NCBI GenBank assembly: GCA_001949185.1
Contig: BDGG01000015.1
Span: 1,059,036 to 1,123,035 of the forward strand
Source of the DNA: Ramazzottius varieornatus
Lineage: Eukaryota; Animalia; Tardigrada
Direction of reading: 5' to 3'
DNA length: 64,000 nucleotides
The notes under the pieces were generated by a model. It was given only the letters and a program-made list of their open reading frames with translations. It searched no databases and was not told the origin of the DNA. Position numbers and translations under genes: made by a program. Positions 1-14,381 of the stretch are shown here, in pieces (position 1 is the first letter of the stretch; each line of letters opens with the position of its first letter).

Positions 1-1397
1 CAGTGCGAGAAAAGTTGATAAACAAAATCAAACTGTGTGGACTGTGGAACGGGAGAAGCAGCTGTGTGGCCTGTAAAACTAGCAGTTCCACGATACCACA
101 TTTCCCATATTAAGACTTCCACCTTCGTATTCCGCTGCCACCTGGGCGAAATGGTTCCAGGTCAATCCTGGACCCAAGCGGCTGTTAACTCCTGCGGACG
201 TAAACTCAACCCGCTACATTTTCCCCGAAAAACGGTTTGGATTTTTTCTTTTGGTCTCTTTGATGTCCTGCGGGAAGATATCTGAAAAACAACGGACGGA
301 TTCGAGAGTACAAGAAATGTGAGATTGCGAAGGCCTTGCGCTGTTGGAGTGGAAGTGGGATCTGCTTAGGTGGAGACGCCGTTCAGCCATGCTGGTTTGG
401 AAAACGCATGTGGTTCAACTTGAAACAGTTTTTGGTCCCCGAAATCTTATGTCATGTTGACGATCGTCCGGAAGAGAAGTGATCATTTTGTCATCATGAG
501 AACTTTTGTTCCTTTTGTAGTAACAAGAGAAGATATTTGATCTGGGAATACCTGCTGCGATATTAGGAAAATTGGAGTGTCAAAATTTGTATTACATCAA
601 AGTGCAGTAGTTGAAGCTTCGCCTACTGCCAGGCTGGGCGATCTATGCTTGGTAGGCTTTGTTGTGGTAAGTCGCCTACTCTCCTTTATTCTTTACGTTG
701 TGGTTTTGCTTGCGATGAATGTTGATCCCGTTTTTTCGGTGCGACACTCTGGCTACTCCTTCACTCTAAACTTACTTGTTTCTGTACTCCGTTCTGATCG
801 TTGGGATGTTGTGTTACTACAGGCCCGGTCTACGGTGTAAGGCAGATACTACGGGGATGGATGTCGCTGCTTCCGATCGTACTCTCTAAGATGTTGAATG
901 ACAAGTGTTCAGTCCATTTTGTTCCTAACCAAATCTTCATCATCCCACTCTGGTATCGATGCCTACACTCTCCACCACAGGTATGTCAGGTATCAGAATG
1001 GTTTCGCACGGTGACGGGATCTTGAAGAGGTTCAATCGTCGGTTTGTCAAATTCAGTCATTTGAGCTAATGTGGTAGCGTTGATTGGAGCAGTGCCAATA
1101 TTGCTACCTTCATTGAAACGTTCCGTTATATTTCAATGAAAAAGCAAAAGTGAGATTCAAATCCATTGTACCTCGATATTCTCTAAAAATGGGACTAGTT
1201 TTGAAGATGTTCCCCGCAGAGTACAGCAAGATTCCACTGGTTGCTCCAGCTGCATCTTCCGGACGAAGCTTCTGTTGATATTTTTATTGGTTGATTGTCC
1301 CTGTCGGTTTACATCTGTGATCCCTTTCCCTGTATCTCTCATCGTTCATATCTATCCATGAAGCATGACCCGTTGTTGTTTCTTTGCAGTGTCTGTG

Positions 1398-4300
1398 ATG
1401 GCTGAATCTAGTGCTGAAGGGCCTTTACTAAAGAAAGGCCGAAGTTCTCAAGGTAGTACAGGTGAATATGCCGTCTGTGTATACAGGAGACACAACAGCT
1501 ATCCCATCTGGCCAACTAACCAATGCGCTCCTCTCCTCCCGCAGATTTCACCGATCTTCTAAATGGGTTAGATGGCTTGGCTGGTTTGTTACCTGACGAC
1601 ATTGTCAACTCGGACAATGGCGGGTCGACGACAACAGCAAACGCTAGCAGCGGCAGCGGCAGCAATGGCCGCTCACATTTGGATGCCTTGTTGAATGGCA
1701 CGCCTGATCTCTCCACCAACAACCTTACCTCGGCCTCCTCCCAGGATCACTCTTCTGTGAGGCCACCCAGTAACTCCGGTACGATCTAACCTATTATCTG
1801 TCGTTGCACAAGAGGAAAATATGCATGTGCGGAGGAGAGTAGTAGAGTGAATGTTGAGGGGTTGCCTTCTTGCAGGGCAACAACGGCACCATGCGCAGTT
1901 GAGCCAGTTACTGGCCAACGCCAAGACCAACCAGCCCATGCCGCCGCAGATTGCTGTGGACGTCAACCACGCACCTCCCGCTGCATCGCCGGCCGGTGGC
2001 AACGGCCAGAGCGCCAATGCTCCTCCACACAGCGCAGCCACACCGCCTAACTCGTCGTCCATGCTGATGAACGCCCGAGCCAGTCCCGCGCTGCAGAACG
2101 CGGCGGTGCTGCGGCAGTCGCCCCAGCTAGCTCGCACTTCCACACCCGGTGGCCATCCAGCCATGTCCATGCCCAATGGGCCTGGTAGTGTCGGCTCGGT
2201 CAACGGCCCTTCGCCCCTCCACATGTTCCACAATAATGTCCCCTATAGTCAGGCTAACGAAGTTAACATGAACAACTTCCAACAACAGCAACAACAGAAT
2301 AACATGAGAATGCCTTTTCCCAGCAATCAAATGATGAACGGGCCAGGGCCCACTGGTGCCAATGTTAACGGTATGGTGCCGTCGCCCGTCGGCATGTATC
2401 AGAATGCGGCTGGTCAGATGGGGCAGAACGGCCTGGGACCCAGTCCAGGCTACCCCGGCATGCAAAGAACACCCAGTGCCCCTAACATGACACCGGCTCA
2501 ACAACAGCAAGCTCTCCAGCAACAGGCCATCCAACAGCAAACAATGGCCGCTGCAGCGGCCATCCGAGGACAGAACCCCAATATGCGAATGCCCGCTATA
2601 CTCACACAGAGACCCAACATGCAACAGAAGGTAAAAAGCGCACTTCCGCTTCACCCTTGAATATCTGGCAACATTTCAATTTTGTTATCTTTTATTTGTA
2701 GCTGCCGAATTCGATGACGAACGGTCCGACAATGCAGCAAGGTATGCAACAGACGCGCTTCGGCGGAATGGTGCCGCAGAGCTTCAGTCCACCGGGGTCG
2801 GTCCAGAGTCAGCAAAGCATGATGTCGCCGCTGTCACAAGCCCTGCAAGATACATCGCAGCAGCAGCACCCCGGAAACAATAACATGATGAATATGGGCC
2901 AAAGTCTGTCTAACTCCAGCTCGTCTTCTCAGCTGAACATGTTGGTGCAGGGAGGAGGCAGCCAGCAGCAGTACGGAGGCCCGCCCTCCGTCGGCAAGTC
3001 CGCGCCGCAGATGATGTCCGGCCAGCTCAGTCCCACCAACTCGGTGGGCAATGTCGGGGACCCGGAGAAGCGCAAGATTATACAGCAACAGCTGGTACTC
3101 TTGCTCCATGCCCACAAGTGTCAGCGCAGGGAAATGCAGGCCAGTAACGACGGGCAGAAGCGCGAGTGCACCCTGCCACACTGCCGCACCATGAAGGGCG
3201 TCCTCACTCATATGACACAGTGCACGGCCGGAAAAGCCTGTCAAAGTAAGGATATCTAAGACTCCTCTTCAGTCGTCCATATTTCTAAGCGATGGGCTTT
3301 TGCTGCTTGTAGTGCCGCATTGCGCATCTTCAAGGCAGATCATCCAGCACTGGAAAACGTGCGCTCGCGAAGACTGCCCGGTTTGCCTTCCCTTGAAACA
3401 AGCTTCGGACCGAAGTCGACCAACCAATGGTATGTTCAAGGTTTCATCTCTAATTTTGATTGCTTTTTCTGTCTGTTTCTGCACAGTGCCGTTAAAGAAA
3501 GGTGTAAAAGAATGCCGATGGCGTTTTCTAACTGTTATCTTTCATGGCAGATTTCGCTGCTTCACAGCAGTTGGGTGTCAGCGGTGGTCAAGGGAGAGGC
3601 GGTATGTTCGCCAACGGGCCTGTTGCCCCTGGCATGGCTGGTGCTGGTCAGAGAGGTCCCACTGGCAATAATGGCCAACTGAGCAGCTGCAGCTTCAACA
3701 ACCGAGCGGAAGACTTTGCCGGCCTGGGCATCGGCGCCGCCTTCCCTCAGCCATCCTCGTCCTCCATGTCCAACCCACAACTGGACAACTTGCTCAGTCC
3801 ACCGTCGATGGGAGGCAGTAGTGGAAGCTACAACCCCGCTGAAGCCGCGCACCTCCGAGCTACCCTGATGCAGTTCAACCCGCCACAAGGATCGACGGTC
3901 CAGTTCCACCCCACCCCGACCTCCTCCCACAAAAGCTGGCACGTCGAGTGCGCCATGGACCTTCGCAACCACCTCATCCAGAAATTGTAAGTACAACAGT
4001 GCGCTGTCAGTGCTCTTGTCAATGCTTGCTGGTTTGAGAGTGGCTTGTGGGTGCATGTGCTTGTATGATTTATGCCAGCCTTATTTCTCCTTTATAGCAT
4101 TGAGATTTCTATTGGCCACCTTTGCAGAGTTCAAGCCATCTTCCCCTACAAAGACCCCTCGGCTCTGCAGGACAAGCGCATGTACAACTTGATTAGCTAT
4201 GCCAGGAAGGTGGAAGCCGAGATGTATGAAACCGCCAACACAAGGGTAAGTTCCAAGCATCTTTTGCAAACGATACTCTTCCTTGATCGCCGATCGAGTT

Positions 4301-7300
4301 GGACAACATTTCGAGCTTAATTTGTGGCAGTTTTTCCGATGCAATTTGGTAAGGTTTTCAGCAAAAGCTTAATGTGTTATATACAGGAGGAATACTACCA
4401 GTACTTGGCCGAGAAGATTTACAAGATTCAGAAAGAGTTGGAAGACAAGCGCAACAAGCGGAACAGTGAGCGAAGGCAGCCGGCCATGGCGGGAGAGCAG
4501 AATCAGATGGCGAGCATGCAGCAAGGGCAAGGTGGCATGGCTGCCATGATGAACGCCGCAGGCGGCCAGATTCGCCCTATGCAGACGCTGTCCTTGGATC
4601 AATTTGGCCAGCCGACGCAGATGCTGGACCAAAACGGCAACCCTCTACGCTTTCAAGGTGGCCAGCAGATGCAGTTCCCGGCATCGTCGCCTCTTCCCGC
4701 TGCCTTCGCCAACAGCGGAGGCTTCCCGCTACCCAACATGAACAACCAGGGACAGAACGTCATTAATGACCCAGCGCTTAAAGCAAGAATGGAGGCCATG
4801 AACCAGTTCAGGTAACGTGCACAATCCTATGGAATTTAGTCATTCTGTGGAGTTTATTTGGGGAAGTATGTGGACCGAACTTGAGTCGACAAGATGGTCG
4901 ATTCCAAGTGGCGAACTGGCGCAGTTAGTAACATTGAGAACATGCGGCACTGGGGAACAATTTTCCTGTCGAATTTGTTTGCGAGCTGTCAGGTTTCAGC
5001 GGAATATGTTGTTTTGACTTTTATATGTCCATTGTTGTTAGGTTGAATGGAGGGAACAGTAACCTGATGATGAGCTCGGGTGGTGAGATGAGGGCCAGTT
5101 CGTCGCTGGACGATCTGTCAGCCTACGACATCAAGTCGGAAGGTGGCGGTGAGGGCATGAACCAAGGTAGCAGCAGTCCCAAGGTGGGGCACAACGAGCA
5201 AGGCATCAAGAGCGAACCGTCCAGTGGCTCCTTCAACAACGAAGTGCCCGTCAAGGATGAAATGAACATGGGGATGGTGGCGTCGCCCATGGCCGCTGTG
5301 GTGCCAGCACAGCCAGCTAGCGCCCAGTCTTCGGCCAACGATAGTGTCGATGGAGGCAAGGCGGAGCAAGCCGACATGGACATGAATGCGGCAGAACCGA
5401 AACCAACCGTCTCGAAGGATACCAAGATTGCCAAGAAGGTGTATGAGCCGGCCGAACTGCAGGAAGCACTGATGCCCATCCTGGAGAAGCTGTACCAGCA
5501 GGACCCCGAAGGCATTCCCTTCCGTCAACCGGTGGACCCAGTGGCCCTCCAAATTCTCGTAAGTATTGCTCATGACTTGCTGAAGCTGCTCAAGTTGGTC
5601 AATGTGTATGTTCTCTTCCAGGACTACTTTAACATCGTTAAGCAGCCCATGGACCTGTCGACCATCAAGCGCAAGCTAGAAAACGGCCATTACGAAGATC
5701 CCTGGGCCTTCATTGACGATATGTGGCTCATGTTTAACAACGCCTGGCTGTACAACCGCAAAGGCTCCAAAGTCTACAAGTATTCCAGCAAGGTATGGTC
5801 TTATGCTGTATGGCGGCATTTCTCGAGTGGATTAAAATACACCAGGTGTATCTTGTAGTTGGCGGAGATTTTTGAAGCGGAAGTGGACCCGATCATGCAC
5901 TCGTTGGGCTACTGCTGCGGCCGGCGGTACATGTTCCAGCCGCAGATACTGTGCTGCTACGGCAAACAGCTGTGCACCATCCCGCGGGACACCATGTACC
6001 TGGACTACCAGAACCGCTACATGTACTGCCAAAAGTGCTTCATGGATATCCCCGGTGACACCGTCTCACTCGGTGACGAACCATCGATGCCCACCACGTA
6101 AGTATATCGCTTGCAGGCCAACTTGCGGCTGTATGGAAGGACATGGTCTTCATTTGTCCTTTGACTCTGCAGGGTCATCAAGAAGGAGCTCTTTGTGGAG
6201 AAGAAGAACGACCAGATCGACTATGAACCGTAAGTCTGTCCGCCATGTCACATCCGGCGCCACAATGCAGCCGTCAAGGCCGACTGTGTCTCGATGACCA
6301 TGACAGCATTCAGGGGATTTCTGTATCTTTCAGCTTTGTCACATGCAAGCATTGCGGAAGGAAGAATCACCAAATCTGCGTACTGCATATGGACCAAATC
6401 TGGCCGGAAGGTTTCGTCTGCGATGCCTGTGCCAGACAGACGGGCTTCAAAAAGAAGGACAACAAGTTTACAGCCAAAAGTAAGATAGCCTTGTGCAGAG
6501 TTGAAAGCTGGGAGGTGTATATAACGGGGGGTTTTATTCTATTGCAGAGTTGCCACAGACCAAGTTGGGTCAGCACATCGAAGCGCACATCAACAATTAC
6601 CTGTACAACAAGCAAGTGACGGAAGCCGGCGAAGTGACCATCCGTGTCCTGTCCAGCTCCGACAAGGTGGTGGAAGTCAAGCCGGGTATGAAGCACAAGT
6701 TCGTCGACGCCGGCGAGATCTCCGAGACCTTCCCCTACCGCACCAAGGCCATCTTTGCCTTTGAGGAGATTGACGGCACCGACGTTTGCTTCTTCGGTAT
6801 GCACGTCCAAGAGTACGGCTCCGACTGCCCCACACCCAACTCGCGCCGCATCTACATTGCCTACCTCGACAGTGTCCACTTCTTCCGACCCAAATATGTC
6901 CGCACCCAGGTCTATCATGAAATCCTCCTCAGCTACATTGCCTACTGCAAAAACCTCGGGTAAGAAGGACAAAAGTCCAAATGATGCTTCTTATTAACGT
7001 AATGTTATTCCCCTGGCATTTTACTACATGTCTTCCAAGTTGAGATTGTGTTCTACGACTACGGATTTAATTTAGTTAGTATAGTTTGGGTTGTCATGTA
7101 CATGATGGATGTTTTTGCAGCTATTCGATGGCGCACATTTGGGCATGTCCTCCCAGCGAAGGTGACGACTACATCTTCCACTGCCATCCGCCGGAGCAGA
7201 AGATTCCCAAGCCGAAGCGACTGCAAGAGTGGTACCGGAAGATGCTGGACAAGGGCATCGGTGACGGTATCATCACCGAGTACAAGGACATTCTCAAGCA

Positions 7301-10300
7301 CTCGATGGAAGACAGCGTGGGCAGCGCCACCGAGATTCCCTACTTTGAAGGGGACTTTTGGCCCAACGTCATTGAGGAGTGCATCAAGGAGGTAGAGCAG
7401 CTGGAGTTGCAGGAGAAGAAGGAGCGGCAGTCGATGGAGGACAGCGATGACAGCGACGACACCATCAGCGAACCCGGCAAAGGCAAGAAGCGACCCAAGA
7501 AGAGCCAAGCCAGCAAGAAGCAGAAGGGCAACAAGGGCTCGGCCGGCAGGAAAGCCAACAAGAAGATCCACGGTATTAGCGCACATGTCAACACTCTGAC
7601 GCAAAAGATCTTCAATACCATGGACAAGCACAAGGACGTAAGTACATGCTTGCTTCTCCTCACTATCCAAGAGGGCATGTATCACCTCTTTCCCTTGATA
7701 GGTCTTCTTCGTTGCGCGCCTACACACGGTACAGCGGGCTGCGCAGTTGGGAGCCATCGTTGATCCCGACCCCTTGATTGCCTGTGACTTCATGGATGGT
7801 CGGGATGCCTTCTTGACCATGGCCCGTGATCGTCACTACGAGTTCTCCTCGCTGCGCCGCACAAAGTTCTCCTCCATGGCCATGCTTTATGAACTGCACA
7901 ATCAAGGCCAGGACAAGTTCATCTACACCTGCAACTCTTGCAAAGCTCACGTCGAAACACGCTACCACTGCACCGTTTGCGATGTAAGTACCCCCATCTT
8001 CCTTACAGTATTTCCTCAACTTGCGCATAAGATTTACCACACCGTTTATTTTCACCCACCTGTTCTAGTTGATGTCAGTGCGGTTAGGGGGTGATTATTT
8101 ACTGGTCTATTGAACGATTGCGCCAGTTTATCTGGGCAGTGGAACACTGGCTTCTTCGCTTGGCGCCTTACTTGACTGACATGTTTCGCTCCTCCTTTTA
8201 ACAGGATTACGACTTGTGTATCCGGTGTTACGAGAAGGAAGGTCATCCTCACAAGATGGATAAGCTAGGTCTAGACCTGGACGACGGGATGGCGCCCAAG
8301 GACGGCTCTTCCGGTTCGAACCCCGCCGACGCTCGCATGGCCGTCCTTCAGCGTTTCATGCAATCGCTGGTCCACTGCAGTCAGTGTCGCGATGCTAACT
8401 GCCGCCTCGGCTCCTGTATCCGCATGAAGAAGATGCTGGCCCACACTAAGCAGTGCAAGCGGAAGCTGCAAGGTGGCTGCGCCTACTGCAAGCAACTGCT
8501 GGCGCTGTGCTGTCTGCACGCCAAGCAGTGCAATGATTCCAAGTGCACCGTACCCTTTTGCGGAAACATCAAGCAGAAGATGAAGATTCAGCGTCAGCAG
8601 CACGACGTCCAACGAGCCATGTTCAACCGACGACGAGCCGGCATGATGAACCATATCAGGATGGTCCCCAGTGGCGCTCCACCCACCACCTCCAACTCGG
8701 CCAACACCTCCGTACCCAGCCCGCCTTCCAACAACCAGCAGGCCCCAGGCATCGGCATGAAGACCGTACCCGGAAGTAACGAACGAAACATCATGGATAC
8801 CGTCAACGCTGTCAAGGTATAACATTGCATTTTTCAGAAAATCAATGGAAATGAAAATTGGCATTTAAATTGGCGTATTTGCCTGCAGGCCCATGCACTG
8901 CATCAAGCGACGGCCAAGGGCGGTAAAGGCTCGGGAGCGGTCTCATTCGCTCCTCAGTTTAGCGTAGGGAAGAGCAGCATGGTGGGAGGAGGTGGGGGCA
9001 TCCAGGAGAACACCTTGATGCGAAGTACTCCCGAACACTTTAACAAGCCGGTCTTGAGTCAAGGTGCGCCAGCTCAGCAGGGTGGCTTGCCTTCCCTCAG
9101 TCAGGGCCAAAGCTGGAACAGCCAACCAGCCAACGTCAACGGCCTTGCAGGCCTTCAAAGCGGCACTACAGTGCCTCCTCGAGGCATGCAGGCCAGCGGT
9201 CAGTTAGTCTCTCAACTGCAGAACGCCGTCCAGTTGGGCGGACCGGGTAACAACTTGGCCAACTTGCAACTGCTGGAAGCGCTAAGACAGCCCACCTCCC
9301 CTGCTCAACAACAACAAGTAGGCAACATCCTGAGAGGTAACCCCCAGCTGATGGCCATGTTTATCCGCCACACGCGCACTCCCAGGAAGGAGGACGGCCA
9401 GCAGCAGCAGCAGCAGCTTCAACAGCAGCAAGGGGGCGGCGTTAGGCCACAGGGACCGGCCAGCAACCTCATGATGCAGCAGCAGCTTCTGCAACAACAG
9501 CAGAATGGCCAGCAACAGCAGCAGATGGGCGGCCATAATGCTTTTATAAACTCGCCGCAGAGCAGGATGGTCCAGCCGGGACAACAGCAGCCGCAACAGG
9601 TGCAGATGAATATGGGCCAGCAGGGACAGTTGCAGCAGCAGCTGAGGCCGGGGTTGCAGCAGCAGCAACAGTACCAGAATGTGCAGGCCATGCAGCAACA
9701 ACAGCAGGCCCAAGCTCAACAGCAAGCCAACCTGCAGGCTCAACAGCAACAGCAGTTCCAAGCTGGACAAATGATCAATGCCAACGGCCAGAGGATGCCC
9801 GCCAACTTCCAAGCCATGCAAGGTACCACACGTTGTCCAACTTTTGTGGGCCAATATGTTTACTGATTAAATCTTGTTTTGCAGCTGGTAACATGGGCAC
9901 ACCTCAGCAAGGGATGAGGCCGCGTTTCCTGAACCAAGGACAGCAACAGCAGCAGCAGCCTGTTCAACAGCCCGGTACGGCGCAGTACCAGATGGGCCCT
10001 CCTGTTTCCTACTACCAAGGTACTCAAGGCCAACCCGGTGACATGATGAGCCAGTCCTACAGCGTCGGAGGAGGTGCTGTCAGCCAAGGGCAGAGCGCCC
10101 TCAGTCAACAGCAGCAGCAGCAGCGGATCGGCCCTCCGTCGATGAACGCCAGCGCCACTGGCCGATCTCCGGCCGCCGCTTCCCTCCCTGTCCGCTCGCC
10201 TTCCTCGCAGCCTTCCCCTGCTGGCGCTTCAGCAGTTCCCTCGGGCCGGCAGTCCACGCCCGGGCCAGCGCTGTCCCACTCGCCGCGACCGCTGTCTGGC

Positions 10301-10376
10301 ACAGGTAACACCCTCCACCCTACCTCCGTCTATGACCCTTCCGCAGGTTCCGACGCCTTGATGCAGCAGCAGCAGC

Positions 10377-10407
<31 letters not shown>

Positions 10408-10600
10408 GATGCAGCAGCAGCAGCAGCAACAGTCGGCAGGTGGACAACACGGACACCTAGGGCTGGGACACTCCAACCACATGGATTTTAATGGCCACCC
10501 TATGGGCATGAATATGCCCGGCCATTATGGCCACCAACACCATCACAACACCTCCCTAACACCCTCCGATCACCTGAACAAATTTGTTGATAATCTCTAG
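1398..10600 (+). CDS. CBP: CREB-binding protein / p300 histone acetyltransferase (multi-exon)
   Basis: ATG at 1398 ([15 protein letters not shown]) follows an acceptor ending at 1389; first intron 1462-1544. Exons give LxxLL motifs (QLSQLL), TAZ1 ([14 protein letters not shown]), KIX ([15 protein letters not shown]...[14 protein letters not shown]), bromodomain ([19 protein letters not shown]), RING/PHD, HAT ([38 protein letters not shown]), ZZ, TAZ2, NCBD ([17 protein letters not shown]) and a Q-rich tail; TAG at 10598-10600. Confidence 0.97.
10364..10431 (+). repeat. CAG/CAA polyglutamine tract in the last CBP exon
   Basis: Run of CAG/CAA codons with one interrupting ATG; further Q-rich runs at ~9400-9760. 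Confidence 0.9.
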
Positions 10601-11029
10601 TACTGATGAGACTTTCTTTTTTGCTGCTTTTTGTTGCTGGTTGAGACAGTGAGAGAATGGAAAGTAACGGTGAGAGACGCGCGCGCGCGCCGACCGACGA
10701 CGGGGCATGGTGGCGGCTGGCAGGCGTTACTGTGACAGATGATGATGGACGTTGGAGTAAGCTTTGGGCAGGCATAAGCTAGATTGTTTCTTTTTTTATA
10801 CGATACAGTACCTTTTTGACTCTGTTACTACATAGACACATTTATTTAGGGTTTTTTTTCTGCTCTGGAAAAAAGAACCAGAAGGCGACGTTGTGACTTT
10901 TATTCTTCTAGCAAGACACAGATGACTTTGCTTTAAATCTGTTAACTTCTGTTGTACAGCTTTCTCCAAACTTTTCTCTTTCCTGTTTCGTCGTTGTAGC
11001 CCGCATACTTTTTGCTGGAAGACTGCAAA

Positions 11030-11030
<1 letters not shown>

Positions 11031-11062
<32 letters not shown>
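11031..11062. repeat. (TA)16 microsatellite in or near the CBP 3' UTR
   Basis: Perfect TA dinucleotide run seen directly. Confidence 0.97.
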
Positions 11063-11063
<1 letters not shown>

Positions 11064-14000
11064 TTGTTTTATCTGTATGTAAAGGCATGTTTACTTGGTC
11101 ATGGACAGGTGCTCGGTAGTAACGTTATCCGATTGACTTCCGGTTAGTGACCAGTGGTGGCGATACTGTCAGGAGGCACAGCTAGAAACCATGTCACCAA
11201 CCACACCTTATCAGTACAATCAAGCGACGGCAAGATTTTTCGCCGTTACCATCACTGGACAGTTTTCTTCCATGGGAAGACGCTTCATCGTTTCAGCCTT
11301 TCAGTTGATCAAAATCAGAACAATGGCAATGATACCCCTTGTTTGATCTCTGGACTCTAAGATTTGTCGATCCGGAACTCAAGTCGGTCTTGAGGATACA
11401 GGCGGGTGCCTTCATCGAAAGGAGAAGTAAGAGTGACTGAGCGGAATATATTGATACCTGGCCGAGAAAGCTTGTATGACCAAGCCCGTCACCCGCGATA
11501 CGTACTGCAACAGGAATCGAAGCCGTTATATCGATAATCTGTCAATTAAATGAGCTGACCAATGACCACCGGTGACCAGATGTCCATCACACCCAACAAT
11601 CTGATGTTTTAAAACAGTTTTTTCCACCGCCACAACGAGAACGATCAGTCCGAAATGATCTTTTTTAATTTTGAGTTTTTTCCCAAACCGCAGATTTATA
11701 AAACTCGCTCAAGAGGTCCAGAGTCCAGACGACTACCACCAAGGACGGGTCAGTCAAAGGGGAGGCTCTTGCATCTTCGTTGACATTGAATGTCACCGGC
11801 ATTTACTATTTTCCTGCAGTACTCGGCCAAGCGACCTGCAGGACCTTCGCCCGGCCGATATCGGGGACTGAAATGATGATGACCGGAGTGCTATTGTAAA
11901 ACGTGCTTGCCAGTTGCGAATGGCGTCCGGCGGAATATTGTAATGATAGTTATGATAATAGTAATGAACGCAGAGCGATATTCGGGGTTGAGGGGTAAAG
12001 GAAGGCAGGGAGAGACCACTGGTCACTTTCATTCATCAGGCCTAATATGGCATGCCGTAATATGCAAGGAGATTTTTTGTTGCTGCTCTGTTATCCATTG
12101 CACGTCTCCATCTCTTTGATTGTCTGTGGCAAGTGTGGTTGATCTTCTTCGTCTTGCTGGCTGCTAAAGTTTGGAGCGCCCTTCTCGGTATGAAGCCAAA
12201 GCGTTTCTAGCTCGAGTTCAGCACCGGAAGTACGAAACTGCCGATAGACTCTCTATGTCCTTGCTGAGGTTGGCGGAGCGGATGGCTTGATTGTTGATCG
12301 ATAACTATGCTCGAGGCCGTCGATGGGTAAGAATTAAGCAGCTTTTTGACTTTCTGCGCTAATATTGCAGTTTTTCGTTTTGCAGTCTCAACGGAGAACC
12401 ATAGCGATATCTCGCGATAGTGACACCGCAAAAGAAGGTCCTTTTACAAGTGGACGAGCGAAAGAGGACGAAACATTGGACCCCGCACAAGCATCAAATT
12501 GAGCGGAAATTAAGTTTTTTTCCTGGCTAAGGTACGGGACTATTATGTTTTATCCGAAATGAATAATTTGTCATGAAACACAATAGAGTGGGTCTTCCGT
12601 TCAGCCACGAGCCTGCGGCTTAATACTTACTGATAAACCCCCAGCAGTACTGGAGAGTTTGCGCTCTACCTCATTGTTCTGCAATTGAGAAGGCACCACC
12701 CTCTTGTCAAGACTAAACAGTACGCTGACGTCGTGCGCGCTTCGGCCGATCCCTGCCAGCAAAGAGGCTTGACCAGTGGTCAATGGGCAATGCTTTCTTC
12801 ATTCCTCCCTTCTTCTCAAATTTCCCATCGGTTTCTCTCGGACCTACCCTCTCCGAGGTTGCGCCCAGATGAAAATCTATTGTTTTAGCAGCCACGGAAA
12901 GTTACGGTAGCAATGATGGTATACATGAGACGCTCCAGCTAACAGGCTGTTTTTCCCCCTGGCAAACCTGTTTGCCATCCTGAAAAAAGTGGTTGCCGAC
13001 TTGCACTTAATGACTTTTTACCGCTGTAGAGTCAAAAACCTCTGTTAGTTGAAGCTTCTGCGGAGAGGCGAGCAAGCAACGTCCCTACCTCCTGTCTGTA
13101 CTTCCCAGTCACCTCTAAGCTGACGGATGTTCGAAGTTAGTTTGTCGGTTCACAACTGTGATGAGGTTGTTTTGGGCCAAGAAAAGCAGTCAGCCATCAC
13201 ACGAAGCATCGCCCTTCTCCTTCATGGCGATGTACCCTTCCTCATGGTCATTCCTAGCTTCTTGGACCATAGGTACATCCGCTTAGAGTCTCTCCAAAGA
13301 CTGGGCGCGTAGTACGTTGTACTAATTTCATATGGCAGCCTGATTCAACTAATAACTGACAAACGGAAGTCGCAATTGAAACCACTGTGACATCATTTTA
13401 TGACATGCCGATATTTGCATTACCGGCGGTACCGCAACAAGTTGGGCCTCTCGGACTAGCTGCACCTGCTGCTATTAGGCACTTTCTGATTTCTCTCCCT
13501 TTACATGTCGAAATGTACGCATGGGCACACACAGTTTGTGAGTGCTGATACTAGCGATGCTCCACTTTTTGAATTAGTTCTGTCAAGTGAGTAAACATGA
13601 GATGGGTTGTTGTATTAACAGCTATTCATAAGATCCCGTTGGACAAAAGGCGATGCAAGCATTTGACAGAGTACCTCCGTAGGAGAGAGAGAGGCCCGCC
13701 ATGCATGAATATATGGAGCAGATGTAGAGCAGCACAAATCTCAGTAGAACAGAGCAAACCATCATCAGATGGATGAGGAAGTGCCGCTTTCCTCACGTAC
13801 CTCCGCCTGGTATTGTAATTCACCCACCATTTTTCTAGACCAGTTTACAACGTGGCTCGATCACTTCCACCTGTTGCTGTGTGTACCTGTAGCTGACATT
13901 TAGATATACACAGGGACGATCAAGTGACATATTATAGCGTACCTCCGCTCTACGGAGCATATTAGGCTAAATGTAGTCAGGTGTGGAAGTCGTACCTGTC

Positions 14001-14381
14001 GCACTCGTACAGTAGATCACGGCGCTCTAATCGACAGTTCATAAACGAAGCATTGTCATTGTCAAAGATCAACCTCCTACTACACTATTCATTTTGCTGC
14101 GGGCCGGCAACAGGTTGTTGTCAGACCATCGCGCCCTGACTTCATCCCTGCGCCCATCCTCTTCGCTATATTCTCACGGGTCCTTGATCATTTGTCCGCA
14201 GACCTCAAAGGACCCTCTGCTGCCGTTCCACTTTCACAAATTTGTCACGAAAGTTCTGCCCCGTTTTCGTGATGTATAGCTGTAAATGTTGATTGGGCAT
14301 TTATAAGTTTCGAGCTCTTCCGACTTGGGTCTTGGGAACTTGCGAGGAAGTTTTTGCGGGGGTGGTGAGTGCGTGGGTTGA

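Noticed and set aside
1673-10456. Many long antisense or alternate-frame ORFs over CBP (likewise over afadin, Notch and ATP13A1)
   Set aside because: Shadows of GC3-rich and CAG-rich coding sequence (poly-L/poly-C translations); no independent evidence.
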